A model generated the notes under the pieces. It was not told the origin of the DNA, did no database searches, and saw only the letters and a program-made list of their open reading frames with translations. This document shows, in pieces, positions 50,711 through 64,000 of a stretch of DNA of 64,000 nt. The position numbers were made by a program, and so were the translations under genes. The stretch covers positions 1 to 64,000 of the forward strand of contig JBLDXI010000066.1 in the NCBI GenBank assembly GCA_047495785.1. Reading direction: 5' to 3'. Positions within the stretch are counted from its first letter, which is position 1. Every line of letters starts with the position of its first letter. Source of the stretch: Lepidodermella squamata (taxonomy: Eukaryota > Animalia > Gastrotricha).

Positions 50711-51927
50711 CAGTGACTTTGATTTGATTTGATTTGATTTCTTCAGTAAATCACAGGTCTTGTTAAATCGATCATTTCAATTCAAATCACCCAAAAATCC
50801 ATGGTAAATCAATCAAATCAAATCATCAGACCAGTCTAAATCAAATCAAATCAAATCTTTCGTCCAGCGAAATTTGAAGTATAAGGGCACATTTCTAGAT
50901 ATTCTTTCACATTTTAAGGTTGGTTATGGCAGAATGAGTCTAAAAGTAAAGTATGCGCAAACATTTTTTGCCTCGCTTTTTTTAATAACTTTTCAACCGT
51001 AAGTGATGCGAAGACGCGGTTTTGAGCAAATTAAAGACCAGGTGTGGTCTGATTATTCCCTAAGAGCTTGTTTCGAAAAGATGTACCTCAAAAAATTTGT
51101 GCGAGAATTGCTTTTCGCCATTTTTCATACTTTTTTCATTTTTGAAAAATGAAATTTTTCCATCCGATGTGGCCTGAGTTGATTGTATCTCTTGCCAGAG
51201 GCTTCAGGTTTTGTTGACAGATGGTCTGTGATGGATCCAAGTCACGGATTCCCGAAGCAAACATTGCGCGACTCTCCGAAGCTCGAGGTTTCATTAAATT
51301 GGCACGGATCAATCAAAAATTCCGCAAAATCATTTCCGATCGCGGTTGGTGGATAAGACCTTTTCTGAGGGCGTTAATTCAAATTTCCCTGTTGACGGCG
51401 CGTTATTGACCTAATTCCCAGCTAAGAAAAAATTCCAAAATAAAGCCTTTTCAAAGGGGGATACCATTCAACCTCAAATCCTGTAAATTCTCATTTTTCA
51501 AAAATGAGAATTTTTCAAAAAATCGCTGTTTGCATTTTGGTCATCAATTTTCTCTCTCAAATCCCATTCTACTGAAAATTTGAGGGAAGATTACCCCACA
51601 CTGGATCTATCGACTGGCGAAAACCGCATTAAAAAATCCCTCATGGTTACGGAGTTATTCAAAAAAAGCGAGGCAAAAAAATGTTTGCGCATACTTTAGT
51701 CAAATTGCTCCAGAAATTGGAAAACAGGTGTTTTCGAGGCAAATGTGAGTTCTAATGTTTAGCAACAGGGGGAGTCCTGAGAGTGTTGAATACTCTAAAT
51801 CATTGTAAATCAAGGGGGCTAAATCATTTGCAAATCAAATCATCTTGAAATTGTTTAAATCAAATAATCAAAAAATGGCCTAAATCAAATCAAATCACAA
51901 TCAAATCAAATCAAATCAAAGTCTCTG
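50711..51927. mobile_element. Non-autonomous hAT element with (gattt)n subterminal repeats and a nested TA-flanked MITE (50949-51696)
   Basis: TIR cagtgactttgatttg/caaatcaaagtctctg; 8-bp TSD tcagtgtg at 50703-50710 and 51928-51935. Confidence 0.85.
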
Positions 51928-52063
51928 TCAGTGTGTTCTCAATGCTCAATCTCAATGTTATACTCCAATCGTTGATCAGGGATTCAATAAGTGACGCTTA
52001 TTTTATTATTGCGCTAATCGCTCATTATATGAATCGTTTAACGCGCTACATGAGTGCTCGAAA

Positions 52064-52130
52064 TGTGTCGTACCCGGGTATTGAACCCGGGCTGCCTTTC
52101 TGATAAGGCACGGCCCTAATTACAGCCAAA
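52064..52130 (-). other. tRNA-derived fragment or SINE head
   Basis: T-arm-like cccgggttcaatacccggg (B-box); no convincing full cloverleaf. Confidence 0.3.
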
Positions 52131-52944
52131 TGCTTCAGGGCACTCCTTAGGCTTTACTCCAAAGGACCCTGCCCTGACTCTATGGTCTAACCAGCTCCGG
52201 TAAATGCTAAAAGCCAAGTAACTAAAAAAAATATTTTTTAGAAAAATCTCAAACTTCATGCGATTTCAGAAAAGTACTGGTTCTGGAATAGGACTTTATG
52301 AATCCATGCAACTCATAGGCATATTCACACTTTCTTTTGCCTAATTAAGGAGATGACATTTTTTTGCAATAACACCATAACTAGTGAGTTTTCTGCTCAG
52401 AATTGCTGAGAGTTCGAAGAATTTTAAAAACGTGCGAACATATCGGGCGATTAATGAGCACCAGCAATAAACTTAGTGTTTTTCTGTGTTTTCTTGATGA
52501 ACAGCAGTCAGCACGACAAAAAACAAGGCAATCTTGTCTAAACACCAGCCAGCAGCAAAAAATTGAAAGCTCGGGCGTAAACACCTGAACGATTAAGCCT
52601 GGAAGCTCTAGAGGTTTCTCTCTCATCTTTAAGAAACAACAAAAAAAACGACGTTCGTCTCATATTTAATCTTACGAATCTAAACAATTACAAAATTACG
52701 TTGTTTGACAATGGGCCCAATATTCTCGCCACCTAAGAATAGGGCTGTTTTAATTTTATTCAATTTCCTCTACTCATCGAAAACTGCCCAACTCCGGTCT
52801 GGGAAATCATTATATCGAATCTAAAATTGTTCTAACAAATTCTTTTATGATTTTAAATTTTAAAGTTCATGAAGCTAATGGTTTGTAATCTTGTAACATG
52901 TAAACACCATGCTTTGAATTCTATTACCATTTTTATAACTACAG

Positions 52945-54009
52945 ACAGGAAAATCCTATTTCTTATCGTCGCTCAAAGTCGGGTACTTCCAGCAGCAAGT
53001 GAAGGCGTGTGAGACGGACGGCGGTCGCCTGGCGACAATTTTCACAGCGGCAGACTTAGATACAGCTGCGCAGGCTGTACCTGCCGCAGCGTTCGTCGGG
53101 TTAATGGCTGACTTCAGGTGGGACGACGATAACAGCCTCATCCCAATCGTCTCGCCGTTGTGGGGAATCAATAGCCTAGTCGGCAACGGCAATTGTGAGT
53201 TTGATGGGCTGCTATATTTCGAGCTTGAAATTCCTAGAAACTAGGATCTAGAATAGGAGAATTTAGAATGTATTGCATGTATATGAATCGATGGAGCACT
53301 ACATCCGCGCGTCGACTGAATAATTGGGCCTTTGGTTAAAAAAACCATTTCCCAATATGCATTTCAAATGTCAAACATTCCAGTGATTTTGAAAATTCGC
53401 AGGCTAGAATAATCTTTTTTCGCCTGTTTTAGTTATAGAAGCTTTGATTCATTGGTAACTTATGTAATTCCAGGTCTTATTATCGATATGCAAGGTCTGC
53501 ATGATCGGGATTGTGAGCAGTCTGATTATCAGACTTATGGGCTTTGCGGTGGCGCTGTGAGTTTTAGCCCACGACTCATCTTCTTGAATAACCCCATGAA
53601 TGAATATATTTTTGTTTCAGACATTAGCTGACATGGAACTTTCAGCTTCAATCGGCACTAGGGATGACATGATTCAATATTGCCAAGATCGTAGCAAATC
53701 GCTTGTTGTAATCAAGGATCAAGCAACATTTGCCGCCGCGAAAGCCAAAGTGAATACAAACGGCCTTGAAGCATTTATCGGGGCTCGAAGGCGCAATACG
53801 GCTGATCATACTTGGATAACCGGCCAGCCATTCAACCACTCGATCTTCGATTTCTCGGAAGCGACCGACATGAACAAGCAATGTGAGGCAATCGAGTTAT
53901 AAGTTTATGCAATTTTTCAAATTTGTTTGTAGGCGCGGCTATATCCGGCGGTTCATTCACTCCATTTTATTGCTCTGCCGGCGTGCCTGGCTTATGCGAG
54001 AGTATTTGA
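52945..54009 (+). CDS. Double C-type-lectin-like domain gene, copy 3 (5' exon not resolved)
   Basis: Same four-exon structure and high identity to 25715-26848. Confidence 0.75.
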
Positions 54010-54329
54010 GTTTTCGGATACACCGCACGATTCTATGAACAATTAATGACACTGAAGTGAACCTGGTTGACTGATATCTATTCATATGATTTCCTGAATC
54101 AAAGACAGGATTGCAAAATCAATTTATTCTGAGAACCACATACTTATTGCTCAAATTCTTGAATAAATCATAATGTGGCATGTATCGCAGAAAATAAATT
54201 AATTGAAAATATGTGTACACTGAGCATTTCAATGAAAGCAGCATAGAAAGTGTGAAGTATTTTGATAATTAAAAAATTCATTTGCAGATAGGAAGATTTA
54301 TTCAAAGAAAATATTTCACCGCTAATTTA

Positions 54330-54432
54330 AATTTAAATTTTGAATTTTCTAAGAATTATGATAAATTTTCGAATTTTTTTGAAAACTTACCAAATTTGCT
54401 GCAGCAAGCCTTGTCGGAGCACACGAGCCGCG
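54330..54432 (-). pseudogene. Relic of hevein gene exon 1/intron 1
   Basis: aacttaccaaatttgctgcagcaagc|cttgtcggag matches 30182-30231 with an internal deletion. Confidence 0.65.
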
Positions 54433-55538
54433 AATTAGCCTCTAACGGTTTGATTTTACATCAATTTTGGGACACGAGAGACGAGTCCTGTGTCAAGTGT
54501 GGCGCACATTTGGATCGAATTGAAATTAAAAAAAAGAATAAAGAAATGTGGAGTAATCAAACTTGAAACAATCATAATTCTGAAAATTCAAAAGAAAATT
54601 TATTAAATAAATCATTCACAGGAATAAATTATGCGAAAACGAATTTTTCCATCAGAATATTGCGCTCAATCTAGCTACAGCTGGAGTTAGAGGATGCAAT
54701 TTTTTTCAAGCGAAAATCAGGATTTTTCTCTAAAATTACCGTATGCCGCAGGCCTCGAGTCATTTCTGGTAATAAATTCGCGTTGTCACTTCTTGAATAC
54801 AATTAGTAACTCAACTCCATAGAACTCGATGGTGAAATGGCAGAAGCTTGACAGCCATTGTTTCAATACTATCTTTTGTACATTTTGTCGCCGCGTGACG
54901 TATCACTATGCCGGCGTAGCTATAACGCGTCAAGGTGGAATTGTCATGATATCAATTCTAATGCTGGTCGTGGGGTTATTATACGGCAGCACTATTAAAT
55001 GGGTACCTGCTTAACTTCGCATTAAACAAGAATTTTTTATTCTTTTTAATTTCCTAGAAAAATCTTAATACCCAGCCATCTTTCTTTCATGCCAGGGAAA
55101 AATTCAATTTTTTCGAAATTTGTCAATTCTAGAGTGTAAAAACACTTTTAAATGAGCAGTTACACTCCGGCAGCGAGACAATTGAGCAGTGTCAAATCAG
55201 CAGTTATTCGATTTAATCTTCCTTAAGATGTTTTCCATTTTATTTTAATATCATTGAAATTTCAACTGCGAAATTTCAGAAGAGACTTTTCAAAAAATTA
55301 AGCTGGGAATTTATGCATATCAAGCACTGATCAAAAATGTCCCCATCCATGATTACAAAGATTTTTAATCGAAATGGCTAAATTGCGAGATCGCCTCGCT
55401 GAAATTAAAATCAATTTTTATTTAATTATTTGACTTTAATATTAAATTAGCTGAAAATTCGAGAAGCCGTGACGAATTTTTTTTTATTTTTCTTTCCTTC
55501 CAGGCAGTTTATTTTTTTTGAAATTCGAAATTTAAAAA

Positions 55539-56984
55539 ATGCTTCGCATATTTGTTTCGACAATGGTTATCTCATCAGCAGCCCAAGTCTTGGGCCAAGA
55601 CTGGCCTAAACTCGACTCGCTCCTGTTTTACACGCCCATCAACGGCATCAACTGGATCGGCGATCTGCGATGCGACCTGATGCCGCTGCGCAAGGGCTCG
55701 CCTAGCTACGTCGAAGGGCCGTGGAACGACCCTCGAACGGCCGTGTCGCCGAACAGCGATCTCGACCCAACCGCCATCGCCATGGACTATCAGTACCTGC
55801 CGCTGAAGACTGGCTTCACAGTTTCGATGTGGTTCAAACTGTCAACCGGCCAGCCAACGAGTTGTTTATTCTCGTTTTCGCTCGGCCAGGAGTACGTTTA
55901 TTTTACGGTGGAAACCAATGGAACGGTATCGGGCCAAGCTGTGAACACAGTGACTAAGGTATTTACGATTTTTTCATTTCAAAAATAATTTTTTCCAATC
56001 CTTATTGGCCTTAATTCTGGGACAGTGTTCGAAAGTGACCTCAAATCATCAAAGAAAGAAATTGTGAGCTGTTTTTGACCCAGATTAGAACGTGACCTAG
56101 AAAGGATGACCCGCTAAATTTTATGATTGATTCAGTGCGCCATGCGTGCATGTGACCCAGTTTATAACCATTGCTACTATGGCCTAAATATTGATGTTTA
56201 TCAGTCCCGAAACCAGTACAAAAATTGATAAACATGACGCTAGAAATATCACGTAAATGGAATTTTAAACTTTGACCTAGGATAACCGAGAACTTTTTGT
56301 CTTGGCTACGGCTGAGAAATCATAGCGGAATCATAAAGAAATTCAGTTTTAAATTTAAAAAAATTAGATAAAAATTAGAAAAAATAAAAAATTCTGAAAA
56401 ATCAGAAGTTTTTTTAATTTTTAATGTAAATAACATTATAAATTTTAAAAATTAAAAATTAAAAATTATTTCCATTTAAAATTTCAAAGAAGAAACATCT
56501 AATTTTTTAAAATTTCAAATTATTTTTTGCTAAATTTTTCCAGGCGAATCGGGTATTGATCAGCAAGCAGAATGTTTTCCGCCTTAATACGTGGCAATTT
56601 ATTTCGGTGACCTACGATGCTAAAACGGACGCGATGACCTTCTACGACGACAGCGGTTCATCGTCATCAAACGGCGCTAAATTGCCGCTCGACGCAAGTG
56701 ACACGGACAAGAATAAAATCGTCTTCAACATCGGCCAGGCTGAGGTGCCAAACCAGCAGGGCTACCGCATGCGATCAACAGATTCAGTCGCCGCTGTTTC
56801 ACTGTACGACTCCGGCCTGAATGGCGCCGAAGTTGCGGCTGTTCATGCGGCGAGTCGAAAATCGCCGATTGCTTCGAAAAATTGCGATCGTAGTAAAGTC
56901 AAGAAAAACACGGCGACAAAAAGCGCATCCTCCTTAATTATTATCACTGCTTTCATGGCGATTCAGTTTATTATTTTTAAATGA
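55539..56984 (+). CDS. LamG/pentraxin (concanavalin-fold)-like protein with signal peptide and probable GPI signal; exons 55539-55958, 56544-56984
   Basis: GFTVSMWFK..CLFSF..NTWQFISVTYD..FNIGQ..SLYDSGLNGAEV; hydrophobic C-terminus; in-frame phase-0 intron. Confidence 0.75.
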
Positions 56985-57743
56985 TGTTTATTCTTGTGCC
57001 GTTCAGCGGTACAATGTTGTCCACACCTTTTCCTCAAAGGCAAAAATCGGGGGAATTAAGAAAAATTACCCACCTGTGTATCGATTTCGATTTTCGATTA
57101 TCGATCAGTGATTTTTTGAAACGATATTTTTTCCATCAGCCTTAATTTTCTGTGAATTTTCGCTTAACCTTTGTGTTATACAATTTGAAATTAGATAAGG
57201 TCGGACAACATTGTACTCGAGTATGGAAAAAATTGGAAAGTAATAAAATTCCCGATTTTAATATTGAATGTTTGAAGTGGAATCAAATTGAATTTTTCGC
57301 TGCCAGATTGTCATTGCCCATTTTCGGAAATGTCAAATTACCTGCAATCATCGTGTCACTTGGTCATTTTCGTAACAGCGAAATAATTACCTGACCTGAC
57401 CTATTCCGCCGCGTAGAAAACCAAGGAATCCAGTACAAATACCACGGCTAAATCACGTGTAATTGCAATTGCGCGGACAGATGAGTCGCGTGTATTAATT
57501 TCCCTAGACAGTTCTTGAAAGTAACTTTTCTAAAGTTATGCATAGAATTGCCGTCACGTGATGGCCAAGGCGGTTAAATCAGCGAATTAAAGACGTAATT
57601 TTTCGATAAATTGGCTTCACGTATTTTACGATGTTTCAGCCAGAATTGAATTAAATTTTTAACAAACCACGCTTTCGAAATTTCAAATAATGTTTATTTA
57701 TAACTTTTAAGACGACTGAAAGATGGGGACATGTAATTTATGT

Positions 57744-58039
57744 CGGGTCCTCCTTTCAGCGGAACTAAATTTACAGTGAGCGGAACCTAATTTTAGACTT
57801 TTCTAGTGGCCTGAAATCGCTTTTCGGATATTTATTGCAGGTCAAGATTGGCCACAATAATTCTAGAAAATAAACCAGTGAATTCCGCGCAACATTCTCT
57901 ATCAGACGGAGTGTTCAATTCAGAATTCATGCTTCGTAGAAATATTCAAAAAATGACTCTTGGCATATTTCGACTTTGGTTCCGCTACAGCAAATTAGGT
58001 TCCGCTCACCGTAAATTTAATTCCGCTAAAAGATATTCC
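57744..58039. mobile_element. Small palindromic MITE family; second copy inverted at ~62021-62267
   Basis: agcggaac/gttccgct inverted motifs and shared ends. Confidence 0.55.
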
Positions 58040-59584
58040 GATTTATGGGGTCTCTATGGGTGGATGTCTTCTTTTTTTCACATTCCTTATCCTTGTTTTG
58101 AACGGACGCGTGGCAGGCAGACTTTTCGCCAGTCTACGGCCGTGCGCTGTTGCAACGTGCCCCAGTTATTATCAAGATGTTCGGCACCCCAACTACGGTG
58201 CAGGGTTGATATTTAATTGTGCCTTATATTGGCCTAATTATTTTATTATATAACGCTCATTTTAGGCGGCTGCACCGTTATATTTATTTAGACAATTAGC
58301 CGTCGGGAAGGCGGTTCTGTTATACCTCAACTAACCTTACCTGTTTTTTGCGTTCGAAACGATTTTTTGCATATGGATTGAAGTGAGATTTTTTAATTTG
58401 TATCGATTCTTGCATGGCAAAGCGGAAGTATATAAGTAGCGACGAAATAAAAAATGATTGAAAAAAGGCTAATTTTTAATAACAAAATGTTAGCATTTAA
58501 TTTAAAAAATTTCAAATAATGTTTTACCAGATGATGAGCTTTTACGATGACACTGACAGTGGCGCCAATTTCCTAATCTTAGCTTTAAACTGACGCGTGA
58601 CCGAATTTTTTCCGGTCTCTTAATCGGCCGCGCGTGCTATCACACTTGGCCTAGTGATTATAAGGTGTTCCGCATCCATGCTATGGTGCATAAGGTCAAA
58701 TTTAATTATTCCTTTATGGTGCGATTTTTCTCATAGCACTCACTAGGCGACTGGACCCTTCGATTTCATTACAAAAATAATAGCTGCCGAGATGGCGGGT
58801 ATTATTTGATCGCCAATTGTCTACTTTTATTCCAAAGGTTGCGTATATTTTTGAGTAATTATGCGGAATATTTTACCAATTTTCTTTTATGAAATTAGCC
58901 ATAACACCGACTTCTCCTTGAACTATTCTGGATAATTCTTCATACTTGAATTCAAGCCATCAAAATTTAACTGAGCAAAAATCTGTATTTTTTTTTATTT
59001 TTACGTAATTTAAAAAAAAATTGAAATTAAAATTGAAAAAGTAGTATAACATCAGCGCGGAACTTGCAAAAACAATGATAATACTGTTAACAAAAATTCG
59101 GGAACTAAAAATAAATTTTAATAATTTTATTAGCTCCAATTGACGTGCGTGACTTCTGTGAATTTCAAAAGGCGTGGACAATGGGCAATGGTCCGGAATA
59201 ACTCGACACGCTTCGATAAACCGGCACGGCTATTTTTAGCTTTTTTTCTGACTCGTGACAGTGTTTTTATTCCTATTTTTAGCGCGAACGGTGTCTTGAA
59301 ATTGGTGCAATTGTTTTTCAAAATATTTGCTCTCTAAAATCTGCGATGATTTGCGCTGCGCATAGGTGAAGGTACGGTGATTTCGAAAACCAACAGCAGT
59401 CACTGTGTCACACATGGCATCAAAACAAGAACGTCAATGAAAATGCGTGTACTGGATTTACTGTCTCTAATGCTATTACCAACTCATTAAAAATCTCTTT
59501 AGCTCCCTTTTTACATGATATTGCAGTCGATATTACAAATTTTCTAACAACTTTAATCGACCTTTGTTGCTGTTTTATTCCTTC

Positions 59585-61800
59585 ATGGTTTCGACGCGGT
59601 TCAGCCTGCGGTCTCTTGATCGCTGTTCGCCAGATCCTGATATCGATTTATTCGCATCGCTGCCTCGCGAAGTTTTACTCAACATTTTTCTACTACTCGA
59701 CCCGCATGATCTCTTCATCGGCTGTGCACGAGTGTGTAAAAGGTAATAGTTATTTCACAAATAATAATAGATTTGGGTCAAATGGCAATCGAGTGACCTT
59801 TTTGTCATTTTATTGCAGCTTTTAAGCGCGAAAACAAGCTTGGTAATAAAAGTTCTGGCTTTGTGTCCTGTATATCTGGTGCACCATGTTATATTATTTT
59901 ATTTATTTCAATTCTCATCACTGCTGTTATTTATCGAAATTGCGAGAATAGATTTTTGTCTAATAATTATGAATCAAAATCTGAATTTTCAGAAATAAAA
60001 ATTTATTACAGGTTAAATCGCGGTTTTATCGGAATATTTATAGAATTTTATAGAATTTAACAAATTTGTTCTTTATTCCCTACCCAATTAAGATTTGTTG
60101 ATTTTTTACTTGGTTGTTTGTTTCTTGGTCATTATTTGGCTATTCATTGTCTGCGAAATGAGTACAAACAAGCTTGTTTTGATTCAATCTCAAAATAACT
60201 CAGACAAAATATGTGGTTCTTATTTGCGGTCTTTCATCGGACATTTATGTCCTCTCTTATCGTCGCGTTATTTCATCCGTCAACCTGTTACATATATGTA
60301 TGAGTAAGCAATAATATTTACTTGAAACCAAGTTTTACTGATTTTTTTAAATAAGTTTAAAAGAAATTCCCATGTCGATATTCAATCGATATTGTAGCTG
60401 CGGATGGAATCAGATCAAAGGAATTTTCTAGTTTCCAATCACAAAACTGACCAAAATAGGACAAATTTTGATATTTTGTTTTGATAGCGATGCTTCAATC
60501 CGACTCAGGAAGTTGGTAGCTGAGAGTGTCTAGAATTTCAATGAAGGACGATTAAACAATTTTGCGTATTTATCTTCAAAATTTTATGCCTATATAGACC
60601 TTTTTTTAGTTCAAGTTTAACCTTTTAAGGTGGGAAATTCCTGGAAGTTGAAAAATGGAATAACATGTTTTTCCCTTGATTTTATTGTGAAACCGAATAA
60701 CGGTATGGAATGTAGAATCGTGCCGTGTAATTTGATGACGTAGTTAACGGTTTAAGGTGCCCCACCTCAACATTTTTCTGATTTAATCAAGATTTTTGAA
60801 AATTTTTGAATAATAAGGAACTCTTTTGTTAGTTGTGGGGAAATTTCATCTAAAACCCCGACGATGTTGATAGAAATTTTGAAAAATCAATTTCCACAAT
60901 TTGGCAACATTTTTCAAGGTGGAATTTTTTCTTAATATTTTTAGGCATTTCTTTCATGACACCCAAACGAGTTCGGATTGTGCGCATGAGGGAATGTGAA
61001 GCCGAAATAATTTGAATGTATTGACGGAAAATCTCAGAAATTATTTCAGTCAGGTTTTGAAAATATACCGTAAATTCTCAAACCTTTGAACTGCTTTCGA
61101 ATTGCGAATTTCTTAATTAAATTTAAAATCTGAATTTTCTCTCAAATTTAGATGGCACAATTTCCTCTCATCCGGCTTTTTCTTCGAAGCATTTCTACGC
61201 CACGAATTCGACAACGATTGCATCAACGACCTGCTGCTAAACTCATCCGTGATAAACCCGATCTCAGCCTTAAAATCCGTCTTCCAAAGCTGCTCAATTT
61301 TCAAACCACGTGGCTTCTCACTCTCCACAAAAGAATCTCACCGCTGCGAAATCGACCTTAATTTATTCAACCGGCTGTCCGTCGATCAAGTCGTCGCATT
61401 GCTGCCGCGCGGTTTCGAGCTGAAATTAGCACGCTTTGGCTACGTCTTCGCCAGAGATGACGAAGCATCGCACTGGTGGCTAATTGATCTCAACAAAATG
61501 GCCGGAAATCTAGGTCACGAGGTTTTTCGCTGGCTGAAAATGCCAATTATCGCCGACGGCCTGCAAGAGTACGACTATGACCTAGTTTGGCCGCACGTCG
61601 CGTTTTATGACGCCGCCCTCAAGCTTATTCGGGTCGATTACCATGAAGAGTACGAATTTCCAACACGGTTTCTCGTCGATCGGAATGTGCCGGAGGAGGC
61701 GAGCTTCATGGCTATCGGGCCGTGCGATGAGTTCAGCCTCAAAGTCGTGTTGCCTAGTCGGTTGACTTTTTTCAAAGATGATTCGCCAATTGTGATCTGA
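59585..61800 (+). CDS. F-box protein; exons 59585-59742 and 61152-~61791 (a further 3' exon is possible)
   Basis: LPREVLLNIFLLLDPHDLFIGCARVCK spliced in frame to RWHNFLSS. Confidence 0.8.
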
Positions 61801-62670
61801 AAATTTTGCACAATAAAACTGTTGATTTTGCTAAAATATATCAGATTTTTTTTTCCAACAGAAATTGAGATTAAAAATGTCATGGCTCTATAATTTTTCC
61901 AGGAAAGAAAACAGAATAATCCTAAGCGGAAGAAGAGAACGTGGAAACAGTTAGACGATGAGCTCAATGTCGTAGTTCTTAGCTGTCAGTATTGGGGCAC
62001 CTTAATAAAAATTAATTTTCAGAATATCTTATAGCGGAACCAAATTTTGGATTTAAGCCAAAGGTCACTTTTCGAATTTCTCTACGAAACTAAAGCAATG
62101 TATGAATTTAATAGTGAAGAATGCGTCTCATACAGAATTCTACGCTGAATTTAAAGATGATTTATTTTAAATTATGAAGATCAATCATAACTTCCTTAAA
62201 AGTTACGAAAAATGGTTCTTACGCCCATTGAAAATTCCGAAATTTGGTTCCGCTGAAAGTAAGACCCATTAATTTTTTTGAAAAATTGCAAACAATATTC
62301 AAGAGTCGAATAAAGATAGAGAGATAGTGAGAAGATTTTCTTGCAAGTTTACGGATAGAAATAACGAGAACATAGGCTTCGGAGCTTTGGAGGTCTTCGT
62401 GCGAATTTAGAGCGGCCGAGGCGACATTCTATACGAGCTTATTAATTCTATAGCAGCCTATATAGCAGCCTATTACAGACAAAAAAATAAAAATAATGAG
62501 CGGATAAAATTGGCGGCTACATGTGTAACACTGTTAAAGCCAACATTTTTAAGCATCTACAAATAATTAAAAAATATATGAAAATTTGAAAGCGAAATAT
62601 GAATTACTGCGTTTTAGACGAGTGTTAGAATTAGGCCACGAAAATATAGGTCCAGACGTTAGGTCCAGAC

Positions 62671-62705
62671 CATAGATAAATAAATATGGCATCTATTTAT
62701 CTATA
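62671..62705. mobile_element. Second CATAG-ended 35-bp hairpin with near-perfect 8-bp TSD
   Basis: gtccagac|catagataaata..tatttatctata|gtcccgac. Confidence 0.5.
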
Positions 62706-63911
62706 GTCCCGACTCCAGACTGCAACCAATTTCGTTCTATTTTCTATTTTTAGAAGATTTTGGCCGTTGGACGCAATTTTCGTCGCACCCACGTGATCAG
62801 ATTAGCAACGCAGGCTTGAAAGCAGTCACGTGCAGTGGCTGCTAAGAACTCGAATATTTCATTTATGTGGAAATGCGCCATCTGATCGAGAGAACAAAAA
62901 GTCGGAGCTCGCAACTATTAGACCATCAATATGTTTTCAAAAGAAGATGCAACCAAGTTTTTCCGCTTGTCATCATGCTTTGAGATGCTTCGGTTGCAAT
63001 TTAAAGACTCGGCTCGAACCGGCGGGCCGGGCCGCCATAATCAAAACGAGGCCTGGGTTAGCCCGGTTTTGGCCGCGGTTAACCATTTAATCGCTATGTA
63101 TTGAAAAATTCGGAAAAATCGATCAAAATCGATAATCGATAATTTGGTTAACAGGAATAGAACAGAAAAAATAGATTAGAAATTCGGAATCGGCGCAACA
63201 TTTTACCTTAGCATCGACTTCCGTTATTCCAGGGTTCGAATTCCTTGAAAATCTAAGGAAATTCAACATTTTGTTAAATTGAACCGACCGAGAGAATATT
63301 CCATCTTTTATACGTGATTTAACCGAAGAAATACACAATTTAACCGAAGAAATACACAATTTAACGGAGAAAACCTGGAAAACCCCGATGGTAACTGATT
63401 CGGTAATTTTCGGTATTTTACCCGGTTTACCAAATTTCCGGTGATTTTTTTAATTTTTCTAAAAACTTTCTGGCCCTGAGATGTGACTTCGTCTCTCATT
63501 TTAGAGTTTCTGAACCCTTTTTCGTGTTTTTTTTTTGCTTGCGTTACTTTTCATGGGACACGCTGTTGTAATCACGTTTATTCAGGTAATACAATTTATC
63601 ATTTTTAAATATTTTTATTCAACAGTTTCTAGGGTAGTTTTTGGGCTGATTTCAAAGCCGAATCGATCTATAGTTTGTTCGGGCTAGTTCCAGGCGTTTC
63701 AGTTGCAGCCGTCGATTTCGGGCACGGCGTCGTCGATGGAGCTGTGTAGGCTGTGACTACGCCGCGGGTGAGAGAGCGAACCCGGAAAAATAGTGCATGG
63801 CTTCAAGTATCGACGAGAAATGATGAGTCTGATGAAGATAACATTGGCGGCTACATGTGTATGAAAAAAAATGAAAAAAGTTAGGTCGTGGCTAACAACA
63901 CCCCCCGTAGT

Positions 63912-64000
63912 GGGTGTCAATAAGTGACTATTTACACCCACTGGGTGTCAATAACTTGCTATTTACACCCAGTGGGTGTCTAATCCTTGCTATTTGCACC
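63912..64000. repeat. 31-bp tandem repeat with an internal palindrome (acacccaNtgggtgt), running off the window
   Basis: gggtgt landmarks at 63912, 63943 and 63974. Confidence 0.75.

Noticed and set aside
52064-52130. Functional tRNA gene
   Set aside because: Only a T-arm-like hairpin; D-arm and acceptor stem not convincing.
63699-63941. Terminal exon of a gene on the minus strand
   Set aside because: GC-richer and possibly coding, but no recognisable motif or determinable frame within the window.

Overview
Eukaryotic, very probably small-invertebrate, DNA with short GT-AG introns (mostly about 45-65 bp) and dense, nested transposons. The first 17 nt match my recollection of a PacBio barcode adapter, and 18-10389 is a 5-kb-arm fold-back palindrome, most likely an amplification/read chimera, so the left arm should not be counted as extra genes. 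Main candidate: an apparently intact 3.3-kb DNA transposon (8490-11793) with CATTATG termini and a 2-bp TSD. It encodes a spliced ~583-aa RAG1-core/Transib-like DDE transposase plus a convergent, intron-containing ~170-aa orphan gene in the position RAG2L holds in ProtoRAG, and it is inserted in the last TM helix of a GABA-B-like class C GPCR gene. The window also has a decayed Helitron, CR1/L2-type LINEs, a Tf1/sushi-like self-priming Gypsy remnant, hAT/MULE/pogo/Harbinger elements and probable P-element excision footprints. A twice-present cluster of putative secreted recognition genes includes a Cys-rich protein with 1 vs 13 EGF exons, double C-type-lectin-like genes and a fungal/plant-type double-hevein gene. 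A LamG/pentraxin-like gene and an F-box gene lie near the end. All family calls are by motif recognition only; no searches were run.
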